Source: a phage
DNA length: 64,000 nucleotides
Direction: 5' to 3' (one strand)
NCBI GenBank assembly: GCA_019326865.1
Contig: GCA_019326865.1_4101.1
The position numbers and the translations under genes are program-made. Below the pieces are notes generated by a model. That model did not search any database, was not told the DNA's origin, and saw only the letters and a program-made list of their open reading frames with translations. Below are positions 11,701 through 20,289 of the stretch, in pieces; position 1 is the first letter of the stretch, and each line of letters opens with the position of its first letter.

Positions 11701-14700
11701 CAAGATATAAATTCCCCAGTTACAAGAGAATTCTGGCTCCACATCACAAAATCTTTAGCAATAGTGTTCCAATCTTGCTGAACGCCGCCATCATTTACAT
11801 CTTCGAAGATCCAGCCATGTTCTTTAAGATACTCACCATAACCACAAATAAAAGTATAGACTTCTTGGTAACTGTTAAAAACCGTTCCATATTCAATAGA
11901 AGCCTCAGACTTCCATTCATTGTAATGGACAACATTACGGTTTTCTAATTTAATAGTTACTTTTCGACCATTTTTCACTGGGAGTTTATATTTAAATTTA
12001 GCACCAACCAAATCATATCCATCGATTTGATATGCACTGCCATTCCATGTAATTTTGATTGCACTCATCTGTTCATCACGAATATTATTCGAACGTACAA
12101 GTCCAATTGTTTGGTTTTCTTGAGAAATCAACCCAAATGATTTAGCATTGAATGTTAGTTGGTCTGCTTTAGTAAAGCCTCCAATTTTATGTCCTACATT
12201 TACATAAGAAGAACGAACAATATCACCATATTTTGTAGTAATGTTTTTATTTTGATACATCAAATAATCACTAACGAACATTTGATACCCAATTGTTCTT
12301 GTGTTATTTTCACCATGAACAGTGGTTTTTTTATCAAAATTAACACGATTACGGGTATCCCCATAAAGAAATTGTTCACCACCAGTGAATATTTCTTTTA
12401 AATTATCATTTCGGGTGTCCCAAAAATAGTTTGCGAATTGTGCTGGTTTAGCTTTATACAATAGCATCATTTGGTCATATGCAAATAATGTGGTATTCAT
12501 GTAAGTGAATTCCATGTCACCCATATCACCATATGCCCAAGGTTCTGCTCTGTGATTTAAAGAACCAGATACTAAACCTAAAATCTCAGGGGCAATATAC
12601 TCAACAACACAAATATCCACACCAGATGATGTTTTATTTCCAGTTTTTGTAATTTTAAATGGTTGTACACCAAATCTTCTATATTTGTTATACTGACCAC
12701 GACGTTCACCAGATAAAATTGTACCAGTGCTACTATCCCCAATAGTATCATTAATATTCCAAAGACCGCTAGGAACTAAATCACCTTGTTCATCTGTGAC
12801 AAGTGCTTCATATACATATACAACATCACTATCACGTTCACCAACTTGAACAGCAGTTGGTTCATATTCTTGGTTCCACCAAGTAGGACGTTGTGTAAAT
12901 CCAAACATTTCCCATGGATGTGTTGCTGGACGATATGTACCATATTGGTCAGTATAGATTGCACGCCACGAACCACGAGCAGGAATTTCAGTACTTTTAC
13001 CATCAACCATATAATAGGTTCCAGTGTAGTTCCATGTTCTCCAGTTACTTGGGTCATAATCATGTGTACTATTACTAATACCATTGGATGCTGTAAAATT
13101 AATATAACCACGTAATAAAAGTGTTTGTTTTTCTTCTGCACTATATTCAGTTTTTGTAAAATATGGAGTAGGGAAAAGGTCATCACTATTCAATACTGGA
13201 ACATAATCAACATCTTTGAATTTATTATCAATACTATTAAAAATTCTATTTTCCAACTCATAAACAACATCATCCATTTTATCAACACCATTAATTACGC
13301 GATATGCTTTTGAAATGATACCAGTATGGCTAATGTTATAAAAGCTTGGTTTACTACCAGCAGTTAGAAATGTAGCTTTCTCAGGAACATATGCTTGTAG
13401 AATACCCAAAAACTGTGGTGTTGGTGGTATAAATGCACGAATAAGTCCAGATGTGCTTCCTACATTATCATAATAGAACGGGAATGAGCTATCACGTCCC
13501 ATATTGATAGTAGTTAAAATAGAATCAACAATACTTGCTGCACTATTTTGTAAAAAGTTTGATGGATTTTCATTATACATACGAAGCATTTGAGTATTAA
13601 ATTTATTAATGAATCTGAAATATTCAGATTGCATAAACATAGTTGCTTCAAATAAATCAATATCTTCATTTGCAGTATGAGCCATCAATGGGAGCATAGA
13701 AGCTTCATTTTGAATAATTTTAGTTCCTACTCCATTATTCACTAATCCCTTAGCTAAACGTTCTTCATAATCGTTGAAGTCATCAGCATAACCACTAGTG
13801 ATATTCTGTTGAATAATATCCTGAAAATGAAGAGTATAGTCTCCTTGATTAATATATATAATATTGGAGTTATATGGGTTATTTTGTAAGTTAATTGGAA
13901 CTTCATATGCACCTAATTCTTTATCAGGTGTTACAGTTCTACTATAAGTTCTAATTTGGATAACAGAATCATCATCTAAATCTATCGAACTATCAAGTGT
14001 GATGCTTTGTACTTGACCTTTTGATACATTCTTTGTATATTTTGATACATTAACACCATCGACATTAACTTCAATAATATCAGAATCATTATCTAAAACT
14101 TTTTGAGCTAATTCAAACGTATGATTATATTTTAAAATCTGAATACCATCACCACTAATCTGATGCCAGTCCAAATAAGTTTCACGTTCTGCTTTATAGT
14201 ACTGATATGTTCTATCAACTTCAATAACATATGCATACATACCATCAACAGGTTCTTTGAACACTTCCATGTCATAAACAGTACTGAACACTCGATACAT
14301 GTCAGTACGTTGGACCTGTGGAGTTTGTTTTACATATTGTTTAGAGTATTCTTTTGAACGAACCCAATCAGTTTTTAGATTCATTTTATTAGTTTCATCA
14401 ATAATGTTATAATAATACAATCCACCAATTTCAACTTCAACACCAAGATGGTCATATGTATAACGTTGTGATTGCAAAAAGTTTTCATATGTGTAATAGT
14501 TGTAATCACCAAGTTCAATGTTATACCCATATACGCTATCAGTAGCGTAATTGTAATTTATTTTAAAACCAAATAATTGTGAACCTTTAAAGTTACTGGA
14601 TGGGTATGTTGTACTATTATCTAGTTTAATCCCATTGCGATCATAAAGTTGGAACTGTGGGAAGACGTTAACACTAGGTTTAGACTGTGCACGAACCCAC

Positions 14701-15710
14701 AAAGTACCATTCCAAAACATAGAACTATTACCATATTCATTACCTTTGGTAATTAAAACAACATCTCCATCCTGTGGTTCACCACTTGGACGAGATTCTG
14801 ATTCTTCATCGGGGTCTAGTGCTAAGCCATAAACACGTGTACCATCTTGCATTTTTTTAACATATATTTTATAAATTCTATTGTTTTCGCCATCGTTACC
14901 AATACTAGTGAATAGAATACGCATACCATCTTGTGGAATAATACCATCAATGCGAATACCACTATTGACATCTTTTTGGATAATATCTTCAGGTTTAATA
15001 TTATCAGAAAAAAGTTCAACTGTGCCACGGAATTTTGTACCATAGTTAATTAGCTCAATATTTTTATTATATTCAATAATTGGTGCACGAGCACGAATAA
15101 AACGAGCATCTTGCATTAATTCTTCGGTCAAGATAGAACCATCTTCCAGTGTTTCACCTAAAGTATACCAAAAGTTTTGTAATGACCAAGTATTACCATT
15201 ACGTGCACCACGTTCCATGACAATGTAGTCAGGGGTAGTAATATTATAAGAGTTTTTTGTATCCCAAAGATATGAGCTAAAATTATTCATTTTATTTGGG
15301 TTGATAGCAGGTGTCCATGCATAAAACTTACCGTTAAATAAGCGGCTTTCATTATCGGTTAGTGCTCCGTAATGACTCATGTACCCAACCAGATCATCAT
15401 AAAATTGAATTGAACGAATAGTCGAATCATCATTTTTAGAGACGTAAGCAGTGGACAACTGATAAAGTTGTCGAGCAACAGTACTTTCGTGTAAAAAGAT
15501 ATTACCAGCAGCGGCTGGAGAACCCATATCACCAATATAACCGTCAACTAATTCGTTTTCAGCCGGATTAAACCATTGTTGAATAACATCATCACTGACT
15601 TTCTGAATATCTTCTAAGCCTTGCATCCACTCAGGCAATCTTTTAATAAAAAGCTTTTTCTGTACTGCTTCAGCCATCTGTGTAGGTTGAAACTTAAAAT
15701 TATTAGTCAT
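5742..15710 (-). CDS. giant baseplate-associated structural protein in gp7 position (~3,320 aa)
   Basis: Single uninterrupted ORF of ~10 kb immediately downstream of the gp6-like gene on the same strand; N/Y/G/T/S/D-rich beta-type composition; ATG at 15708-15710 has GGAG RBS (track start 15737 lacks one). Confidence 0.6.
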   Translation of the reverse strand: MTNNFKFQPTQMAEAVQKKLFIKRLPEWMQGLEDIQKVSDDVIQQWFNPAENELVDGYIGDMGSPAAAGNIFLHESTVARQLYQLSTAYVSKNDDSTIRSIQFYDDLVGYMSHYGALTDNESRLFNGKFYAWTPAINPNKMNNFSSYLWDTKNSYNITTPDYIVMERGARNGNTWSLQNFWYTLGETLEDGSILTEELMQDARFIRARAPIIEYNKNIELINYGTKFRGTVELFSDNIKPEDIIQKDVNSGIRIDGIIPQDGMRILFTSIGNDGENNRIYKIYVKKMQDGTRVYGLALDPDEESESRPSGEPQDGDVVLITKGNEYGNSSMFWNGTLWVRAQSKPSVNVFPQFQLYDRNGIKLDNSTTYPSSNFKGSQLFGFKINYNYATDSVYGYNIELGDYNYYTYENFLQSQRYTYDHLGVEVEIGGLYYYNIIDETNKMNLKTDWVRSKEYSKQYVKQTPQVQRTDMYRVFSTVYDMEVFKEPVDGMYAYVIEVDRTYQYYKAERETYLDWHQISGDGIQILKYNHTFELAQKVLDNDSDIIEVNVDGVNVSKYTKNVSKGQVQSITLDSSIDLDDDSVIQIRTYSRTVTPDKELGAYEVPINLQNNPYNSNIIYINQGDYTLHFQDIIQQNITSGYADDFNDYEERLAKGLVNNGVGTKIIQNEASMLPLMAHTANEDIDLFEATMFMQSEYFRFINKFNTQMLRMYNENPSNFLQNSAASIVDSILTTINMGRDSSFPFYYDNVGSTSGLIRAFIPPTPQFLGILQAYVPEKATFLTAGSKPSFYNISHTGIISKAYRVINGVDKMDDVVYELENRIFNSIDNKFKDVDYVPVLNSDDLFPTPYFTKTEYSAEEKQTLLLRGYINFTASNGISNSTHDYDPSNWRTWNYTGTYYMVDGKSTEIPARGSWRAIYTDQYGTYRPATHPWEMFGFTQRPTWWNQEYEPTAVQVGERDSDVVYVYEALVTDEQGDLVPSGLWNINDTIGDSSTGTILSGERRGQYNKYRRFGVQPFKITKTGNKTSSGVDICVVEYIAPEILGLVSGSLNHRAEPWAYGDMGDMEFTYMNTTLFAYDQMMLLYKAKPAQFANYFWDTRNDNLKEIFTGGEQFLYGDTRNRVNFDKKTTVHGENNTRTIGYQMFVSDYLMYQNKNITTKYGDIVRSSYVNVGHKIGGFTKADQLTFNAKSFGLISQENQTIGLVRSNNIRDEQMSAIKITWNGSAYQIDGYDLVGAKFKYKLPVKNGRKVTIKLENRNVVHYNEWKSEASIEYGTVFNSYQEVYTFICGYGEYLKEHGWIFEDVNDGGVQQDWNTIAKDFVMWSQNSLVTGEFISCTPSATNAKFGSDFGSVQSIAQNNGGVWSLLDDNNQGIRQYEIETSRIGNIFTVRTLDSNKRIALLRLSLCSYEHAVIFDDKTIFGDYIYQPTYGSIQELIKMYGYITGSWTGRLQAPGFIILESGTIPSFETLVTDFQHYYDNENPVSDVQLQELSSHLIGYQSRDYLQRMISSDVSRVDFYKGFIHDKGTNQVLERVLRVSKSYDTDEYKALQEWAFKIGTYGNIDGKKNLQFKLINDQFKQQPQMVSFDENATSNGNGNNVVYFGDQGKDPRWITRPNGKFSFPMRSGRSEHIQLPDIGPVTLDEVSYTTKDFSTAYNDRISYVNGKGENPESVWMFKDGNGLWNIFELVDTNVQMVSITPIENTDIYAEQFCKVTLTDKIPLEDGDYYYFVDETNFMPDTLTVESQYYTAGEDSKVMVVPFDTSINIEFTDPATRPRLYRYVSRFSSADKRQEYIDKKYSFKAPQSTLFERPTTYDERTNITALYLNVFDPINGVIPGAAMQNVTYTSPIDPAQYNSNGELVQAWGADKVGQVWWNTSTAFYLDYTRAIYDADGNVDIDATNEYKRYNWGRLLPHSTIDVLEWVCSPVEPYNWDKYCKDVAKKNKNNNMYLPSGTALEDNYSTFLEYDSSTDSYVTKYYFWVRDTIYVPPLHTRTKSCTDIARIIKDPSQLNIPWFAPINENSFILSNMQFKVNDDTSILTISYYMDSTEVVKHDQYQLCKEGESYNFNPLIWDSMWNSLIGQETTKSGSVINLLYPDVDNGIGSNKTWFQNVIEARRNFVESANNYYRSQNITTNSVVMEDVFNVKTTEVNPNEVSFRVLSYNNELVIAVEKDKFKENDAVILSSSGYLPNPLSTSAVYFIHFDENGYIQLMNSPANTGNIVTITLENKGEGQHKMIKQSDYVESLGTSLDMTHYWSYADWYDVGYDSKTAYIQETSLEEANTKNYQVGDIIRVTDSENIWTLYIKSQSRDSIYWKAIGRQNSTIELNDILYTDYSVYNDDGSLSNREINVRKALALLKHSFDLHQSEIVFDMVKYVHVEQSVVDWVFKTSYIYIVGLEQSLVQNYSNDNLINQIVEYFEEVKPYRTKIRSQIEQKTSDDDLIKGLCNDLDPNGYIFVDGSWIKTEKDIWDYEYAQYNEVTKKWEQVGALPSDFITPNRRFQEIDIIMHYDNIQCKPNEDLANINDLVSVNKKYQTNEKDSVNNYELQRYIYSFPEYNEKSFDLVNAYLMQIYYPELDVTLGTAHGVNQWYKDHADDLEATDKFTATLERVYKESTHNEMFTDLRQYVQYNTLANRLKLYKDISDDKIHDEVGCGFSGLTYNDNPSTRLPLGFSSSNDYNYGYFEISKELYEKYISLIKDKHPDASDYDIKVKLEVEYGVYVYRYDEVGGDTRFYSDAVHVLAGMRGLFDKDATDKYEKAEEILSKTPIDIYAITMMPRKYVYLNVNGVNQSIPDNRSIDDFMEDYFITNGEMVELAEINLDDLPQDTNNPMYSDYQFILDSISEAKYFNDMNAFDNLALESQTSTIKWEVKDDEVDPYIIDISDINPSGRDVGHIRFTVDGYGFDNVSLVQLRNNSRYQTEGMAIINPYKHTEAIVSIPSYAKVENDINKKSAPFDEKYFYRVRSINSLTEAEIVDNDLSDGDKVMIFTPDGEDFIRYQNHKWETILRVSNIKHNTTPILFTVRTTGKETIELVDTSGAVLRYDNITLAQQNEPVQPLALNIVRVRTFTDSEFVKDGIKLYEQNRNYTIDVINYDVFYDTTLNGGKYNDGVTPDDIDVWIVSNEIFNDDGITIDNGYNLPITGDGVLSELVRTKMPDCLEINVIEYDANDIKPFKNNEGIWGYEYPMVDNIYIGVVGGTITNITTISEENTTYVAQPISVSPYNIRNNVLLGSSANRNDIISIGYEKVEVRNANNLLRGVMYSAEHDFKLNTTYSFNGINLGSYDKFKHYTHNGYTIDLSMYTNSLRISGSDIKNILLVK

Positions 15711-15792
15711 TTTCTGGACTCCATATAATTCGTTCATTCATTTATTTTATTTATTAGATAAAAAAGGCGTTCCGAAGAACGCCAGTGTAACA

Positions 15793-18700
15793 TTAAGAAC
15801 CAATATTTATATTGCTTTTAGCTAATGAGTTAACTATTTGAACATTTTCTACAGATGCAGTACTCAAAAATATTTGGTCAGAACGTGATGGAATTTCAAA
15901 TAGAGAACCAAATTTTGAATTTGGATTTTGTGCAACTATCACAATTGTACTAATATGTCTACCCAATTGGGAATGTATATAAGTACACAAATCAGTGTAA
16001 TAGAAACTTTCACCAAAATCCCAGTTATCGACATTAAAATATTCATTTGTTAATGCAATAACATTTTGACGAATTTCATCATCACTCATAGTGCTATTTG
16101 GTAATTTAACAACTTTAAAATCAGCTTTATAGTCTTCAGCAGCACTATTACCAAACAATGGTAGATACTCTGCACTATGCCAAATAATACTGTCACTGAT
16201 GACAGTTTTTTGTTCAACATCTTTGAACATATTTTTCAATTCAACTGATGTAGGTGGTTTTGGGATACTTCCAACTGCATTATTTTTCAACCACACATCA
16301 ACTTCGGTTTTATATGAGTTAGTTAGAACATACATATCAATTAAGTTTGTTCTACTTGGATCAATGCGATTATCATCAGGTGCATAATGCTTCCAATGGA
16401 AATCAATACTTGTACGAGCATTTGTTTTAACTGTGTATTGTGCAGTGACATCTTTATAACCATAGTAATCCAATTTCTGATTCTCATCTGAAATAGTACC
16501 CATATTGTTAATTGTACGATAAAATGCGAGTTCTGGAGTAACAGTGATGGTGTCATCTGAATATGTCAAATTACTAATTAATTGGCCCAAACGATCATTG
16601 TTGTTACCAACGGTCTGTTCGATGAAATAATATTTACCATCATATTTAAAACACACCAAGAATCCAGAACCTTTACTGTACAATCCACTCAATGAGTTAG
16701 AACGAATTGCATTATTTCGTACAAATTCAGTTCTTTTATATGTATTAGGTTCAGCTAATGCTTGTTCCATAGTATAAGACCAAGATGAATCTAGAAGCGT
16801 GAATGTATCATTTGGTAAAGATAGAACTGAAATAGTAAAATCATTATTTTCTTTGAATATCAAAATACCACCATATTTTAATGCATCAGAACCTGACCAT
16901 TCTGGGACAATTTCTTTAAATTGATTTGGCTCTAATGGTATACCATTACTATCTACTTTTCTAGATGTGACTATAATACGAGAGCCATCAAGATATCCAT
17001 TTTCTTGCTGTATTGTATCATAAATTTGAAAATCAATATTACTCGTTAGTCCAGAATTGTTAGTACTTGTGGTGTTCGAAGATAAAATTTCAATCTTATC
17101 ACTTTGAACCGTACCAGTACTAATATCAGTTATTTTTTTGGATGAAACAAAGTAAAATTTCACTTTATCTCCACCGACGAATATATATTCAATACCATTA
17201 GCGTCAAATTCCCAGGTTTCTGCTGTATATCTGACATTTATAACAACCAAAACTTCATGACCATTATACACAATAGTATCATCATTCGTACTTACTTCTA
17301 CAGGAACCCATGCAGTTGTTTCTTTGTCATGAACGATGACAAAATCAGTTTTCTTATCCAACATTGCAGAAATAGATTGAACTTCAACGGAATCAAATCT
17401 AGTTCTATATGGTAATATATAATCAATTGCTTGCATTCTACTTGGCACAGATGTACTTAATACATAAAACCCATTATCTAAGACACTAACAACGCTTGCC
17501 CATACTGTAGATGTAGAGTTAGAAAATTTAATCAAAGTACCTACCTGATACGAGCCATATACGGTTCCAGATGAACCCAAAATTCTACCATATGTATTTG
17601 TAGTATAATTTGAATTATATACAGGCGTCCATGATTGTTGGATTTCAATGCCAATCGTATTGGAAGGGTAAGCTTGATAGCGTTGTATTACTGCATTTTC
17701 ACCAATCAATGGTTGAATATTATCAATAACAATACTGGCATTAGTTTTTGTTGTTGGTAGTAGTAATGATTTATTAAATTTAGTATTTTCTTGATATAAT
17801 GCTCCGTCATCACTAAAAACATCAGTGTTTTGGTATTTCCCAGTAGGATCATTGATGTCAATAAATCGAGACTGACCACTATAAATTCTATTAATAGCTT
17901 TCGACTTAAGTACTGTATTTCCTAAGCTAAGAGGTGCTATATTATAATCTTCGCCATTAACAAAACGGTTTTGTGTATAGTACATTTGTGGTGCACGTGC
18001 TTTAATCTGCTCAATCGTCTCAGCACTTTGTGCACGGTCGGATTCATATTGTAATGAAAAACGCACATCCAACGTACTAGATTCATAGCTTGATTGGGTT
18101 TTAGTTCGATATGTATACTTTACACTTTTATTTTGAATTTCTGATGTTTTAATGTTATACGTTTTACCATTGCTGACGCGATACCACACGCGAAATGTTC
18201 CACGCGGAACAACACCACTTCTAGAATCTGGATATTTAATTGTTATTTGGTCTTTGTCACGAGTTGAAACAGCAAAAATTGTTTTTAATTGACGGTTAAC
18301 CGTATTATATGCAATACTTTCCATAGATGGAACTTTTGTCCATTTCGCACGCACAATGCCGTCTTCATTAATTTCTTGAACCCAAACATCAGTTTCGTTT
18401 ATATTATCAACGTTTACATCTTGTATTCTATTTTCTTCACGAATGTTATATTGATAATCTTGATATGTCAACGTCCCTTGTATAAAATATACAAAAAAAC
18501 CAGTATTTGGTGAACTGAATCCATTACCATCATTTTGATATACAATATATTTTTGTTCTTGTGGTTCTGGGTGACGTTCCTCAACACCAACGGATGTAAT
18601 GTCAGGGTTTACCACTTCAAATGTCATAGATTCACCATTTACTGTTGCAACAAATGGTATACTTGGTGCAGTCATTGGAATCGTATTCATTCTATACAAT

Positions 18701-19254
18701 TGTCGTGATACACCATTAACATCAATACGTTTAACTGGGTTCCCAAATTGATTAGTACTAACAAATGAACTATTCATAACAAGAATGAAGTTTTCATACC
18801 AATTTGCATCCATCGGGTCATTCCAACGAATAATTTTATCTTTGAGTGATTCATTGAAACTATTACGAACATCTTGGTTAGTTTTAATTTCAGTTAATTT
18901 TGCAACTGCACGTCCAGGATAAGAGCGACGTGGTGTATAAGAAATCATTTTAGCTAGTTTTAGAACTGATGCACGACGTGTTGCAGTATCTAAAAAGTTT
19001 TCACGCGTGTTCAAATCCATACGAAATGCCAAGTTCTGCCCTAGCATAGAAATTGTATCCAGAATAAAAATGAATTGGTCATTTTCAATCCAGTCATTGA
19101 ATGAATCAGGATATGTTTGACGCAAATAATCAATCATACTCTGGCGAATAGTATCAAAATCATATGCAGTAAGGTTGATTTTATAAAAACTTTCATAAAC
19201 TTGAGTCCAATCTTCACCACTATATAAATTCGATTGCCTTTTTTGTTGTGACAT
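15793..19254 (-). CDS. baseplate wedge protein, gp6/gpJ-like (1153 aa)
   Basis: N-terminal region (DFDTIRQSMIDYLRQTYPDSFNDWIENDQFIFILDTISMLGQNLAF) resembles the baseplate-J/gp6 N-terminal domain as recalled from memory; position between gp25-like and gp7-position genes; AAGGA RBS. Confidence 0.6.
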   Translation of the reverse strand: MSQQKRQSNLYSGEDWTQVYESFYKINLTAYDFDTIRQSMIDYLRQTYPDSFNDWIENDQFIFILDTISMLGQNLAFRMDLNTRENFLDTATRRASVLKLAKMISYTPRRSYPGRAVAKLTEIKTNQDVRNSFNESLKDKIIRWNDPMDANWYENFILVMNSSFVSTNQFGNPVKRIDVNGVSRQLYRMNTIPMTAPSIPFVATVNGESMTFEVVNPDITSVGVEERHPEPQEQKYIVYQNDGNGFSSPNTGFFVYFIQGTLTYQDYQYNIREENRIQDVNVDNINETDVWVQEINEDGIVRAKWTKVPSMESIAYNTVNRQLKTIFAVSTRDKDQITIKYPDSRSGVVPRGTFRVWYRVSNGKTYNIKTSEIQNKSVKYTYRTKTQSSYESSTLDVRFSLQYESDRAQSAETIEQIKARAPQMYYTQNRFVNGEDYNIAPLSLGNTVLKSKAINRIYSGQSRFIDINDPTGKYQNTDVFSDDGALYQENTKFNKSLLLPTTKTNASIVIDNIQPLIGENAVIQRYQAYPSNTIGIEIQQSWTPVYNSNYTTNTYGRILGSSGTVYGSYQVGTLIKFSNSTSTVWASVVSVLDNGFYVLSTSVPSRMQAIDYILPYRTRFDSVEVQSISAMLDKKTDFVIVHDKETTAWVPVEVSTNDDTIVYNGHEVLVVINVRYTAETWEFDANGIEYIFVGGDKVKFYFVSSKKITDISTGTVQSDKIEILSSNTTSTNNSGLTSNIDFQIYDTIQQENGYLDGSRIIVTSRKVDSNGIPLEPNQFKEIVPEWSGSDALKYGGILIFKENNDFTISVLSLPNDTFTLLDSSWSYTMEQALAEPNTYKRTEFVRNNAIRSNSLSGLYSKGSGFLVCFKYDGKYYFIEQTVGNNNDRLGQLISNLTYSDDTITVTPELAFYRTINNMGTISDENQKLDYYGYKDVTAQYTVKTNARTSIDFHWKHYAPDDNRIDPSRTNLIDMYVLTNSYKTEVDVWLKNNAVGSIPKPPTSVELKNMFKDVEQKTVISDSIIWHSAEYLPLFGNSAAEDYKADFKVVKLPNSTMSDDEIRQNVIALTNEYFNVDNWDFGESFYYTDLCTYIHSQLGRHISTIVIVAQNPNSKFGSLFEIPSRSDQIFLSTASVENVQIVNSLAKSNINIGS

Positions 19255-19325
19255 AATTTATTCCTTTAAATCAGTAAAGTACTAGTTCAGTACTGGGAAT
19301 TATATAGAAATATTTATTCAAAAAG

Positions 19326-19349
19326 AAAAGCACTCAGAAGAGTGCTTTT
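19326..19349 (-). terminator. rho-independent terminator after gp25-like gene
   Basis: 10-bp perfect stem AAAAGCACTC/GAGTGCTTTT, 4-nt loop, T-run on minus strand. Confidence 0.65.
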
Positions 19350-19355
19350 TCTTAA

Positions 19356-19751
19356 TTATAAAGACGATACTGAATAAGTTGCCATTCTATTATTACTTCT
19401 TGCATCAAAGACTATAGAAAGTTCTTCTACTGTATTCAATACAACGTATTGTAATACGATATTCATTTGGTATCCATATTCAATTCTTGAAATTTGTATG
19501 TTTTTAAGATTTAATCGTGGATCTAAGCTAATAATCCTACGTGCATCGGCTTCTAAAAGGTTAATAGTATTATATCCTTCCAATTCAAACAACAAATCCC
19601 ATGCAATAAACCCATAGTCTGCATCAAATGCTCTTTCGCCTTTTTTTGTATTAAAATGATTCATCAAATCCTGTCGAACCAATTCATTATCATACAATGT
19701 TTCAGTTCTACCCACAACTGGTGTAGAGAAACCTTTGAAAACAACTGCCAT
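19356..19751 (-). CDS. baseplate wedge protein gp25-like (GPW/gp25 family, 131 aa)
   Basis: Motif GERAFDADYGFIAWDLLFE matches the gp25 signature (G.RPFDPEFGC.L...LFE) as recalled; size and synteny fit. Confidence 0.65.
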   Translation of the reverse strand: MAVVFKGFSTPVVGRTETLYDNELVRQDLMNHFNTKKGERAFDADYGFIAWDLLFELEGYNTINLLEADARRIISLDPRLNLKNIQISRIEYGYQMNIVLQYVVLNTVEELSIVFDARSNNRMATYSVSSL

Positions 19752-19764
19752 TGTCTATTTCCTT

Positions 19765-20253
19765 TTATACGGATTCGACGATACGTGCCATCTTTTCCGC
19801 TCTAGAAGTGGTTTGTTTATACCATGCACTATCACGCAATTCTTTACCAGCAGTTTTATAATCAGCTTTGCCTAATGCGGTCATTGCTTTTTTGAATTTC
19901 AAAACTTTGGTTTTACCCATTTGGAATACCATCATCCACAATACACGCTGTACCTGTACTGGTGCGGTCATACCAAATTGTTCATAAATGGATTTTGCGT
20001 CATTGTACGCGGTTTGAGCATCTTTAATAAGAAGTTGGTCTGCTTGTTCTTCAGTTAAACCATTTTTGAAGTTCTCATTGGGTAGAACTAAATGACCATA
20101 ACCAATAGTATCAAGACCAAGGCTATCTTTATATACCCAAAACTTATCATTTTTAAAATATCCAAGTTTTTTTTGATAAGAAATTGTACCTTCAAACTCT
20201 TTAATTTCTTTAAAAAACTGCTCATCTGTATTTTTAATTTCCCATTTACTCAT
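19765..20253 (-). CDS. lysozyme / endolysin (T4 e-like muramidase fold, 162 aa)
   Basis: EFEG...YKDSLGLDTIGYGHL catalytic-region motif; paralogous to the C-terminal domain of the adjacent spike protein; TATAAATA late promoter and GAGGA RBS upstream. Confidence 0.7.
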   Translation of the reverse strand: MSKWEIKNTDEQFFKEIKEFEGTISYQKKLGYFKNDKFWVYKDSLGLDTIGYGHLVLPNENFKNGLTEEQADQLLIKDAQTAYNDAKSIYEQFGMTAPVQVQRVLWMMVFQMGKTKVLKFKKAMTALGKADYKTAGKELRDSAWYKQTTSRAEKMARIVESV

Positions 20254-20269
20254 AAAGACATCCTCATTT

Positions 20270-20277
20270 TATTTATA
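20270..20277 (-). promoter_or_regulatory. T4-type late promoter (TATAAATA) for lysozyme gene
   Basis: Exact TATAAATA on minus strand 17 nt upstream of ATG, followed by GAGGA RBS. Confidence 0.5.
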
Positions 20278-20289
20278 GTACTGAAATAT

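Noticed and set aside
6181-14357. Numerous 60-136-aa ORFs on both strands inside the giant gp7-position gene (for example 8126-8350, 12776-13186, 12786-13115)
   Set aside because: Antisense or out-of-frame overlaps of a 10-kb ORF; hydrophobic and Cys-rich translations typical of AT-rich antisense frames
19752-19770. TATAAAAG as a late promoter for the gp25-like gene
   Set aside because: One mismatch from TATAAATA and it overlaps the lysozyme stop codon; left as a possibility only
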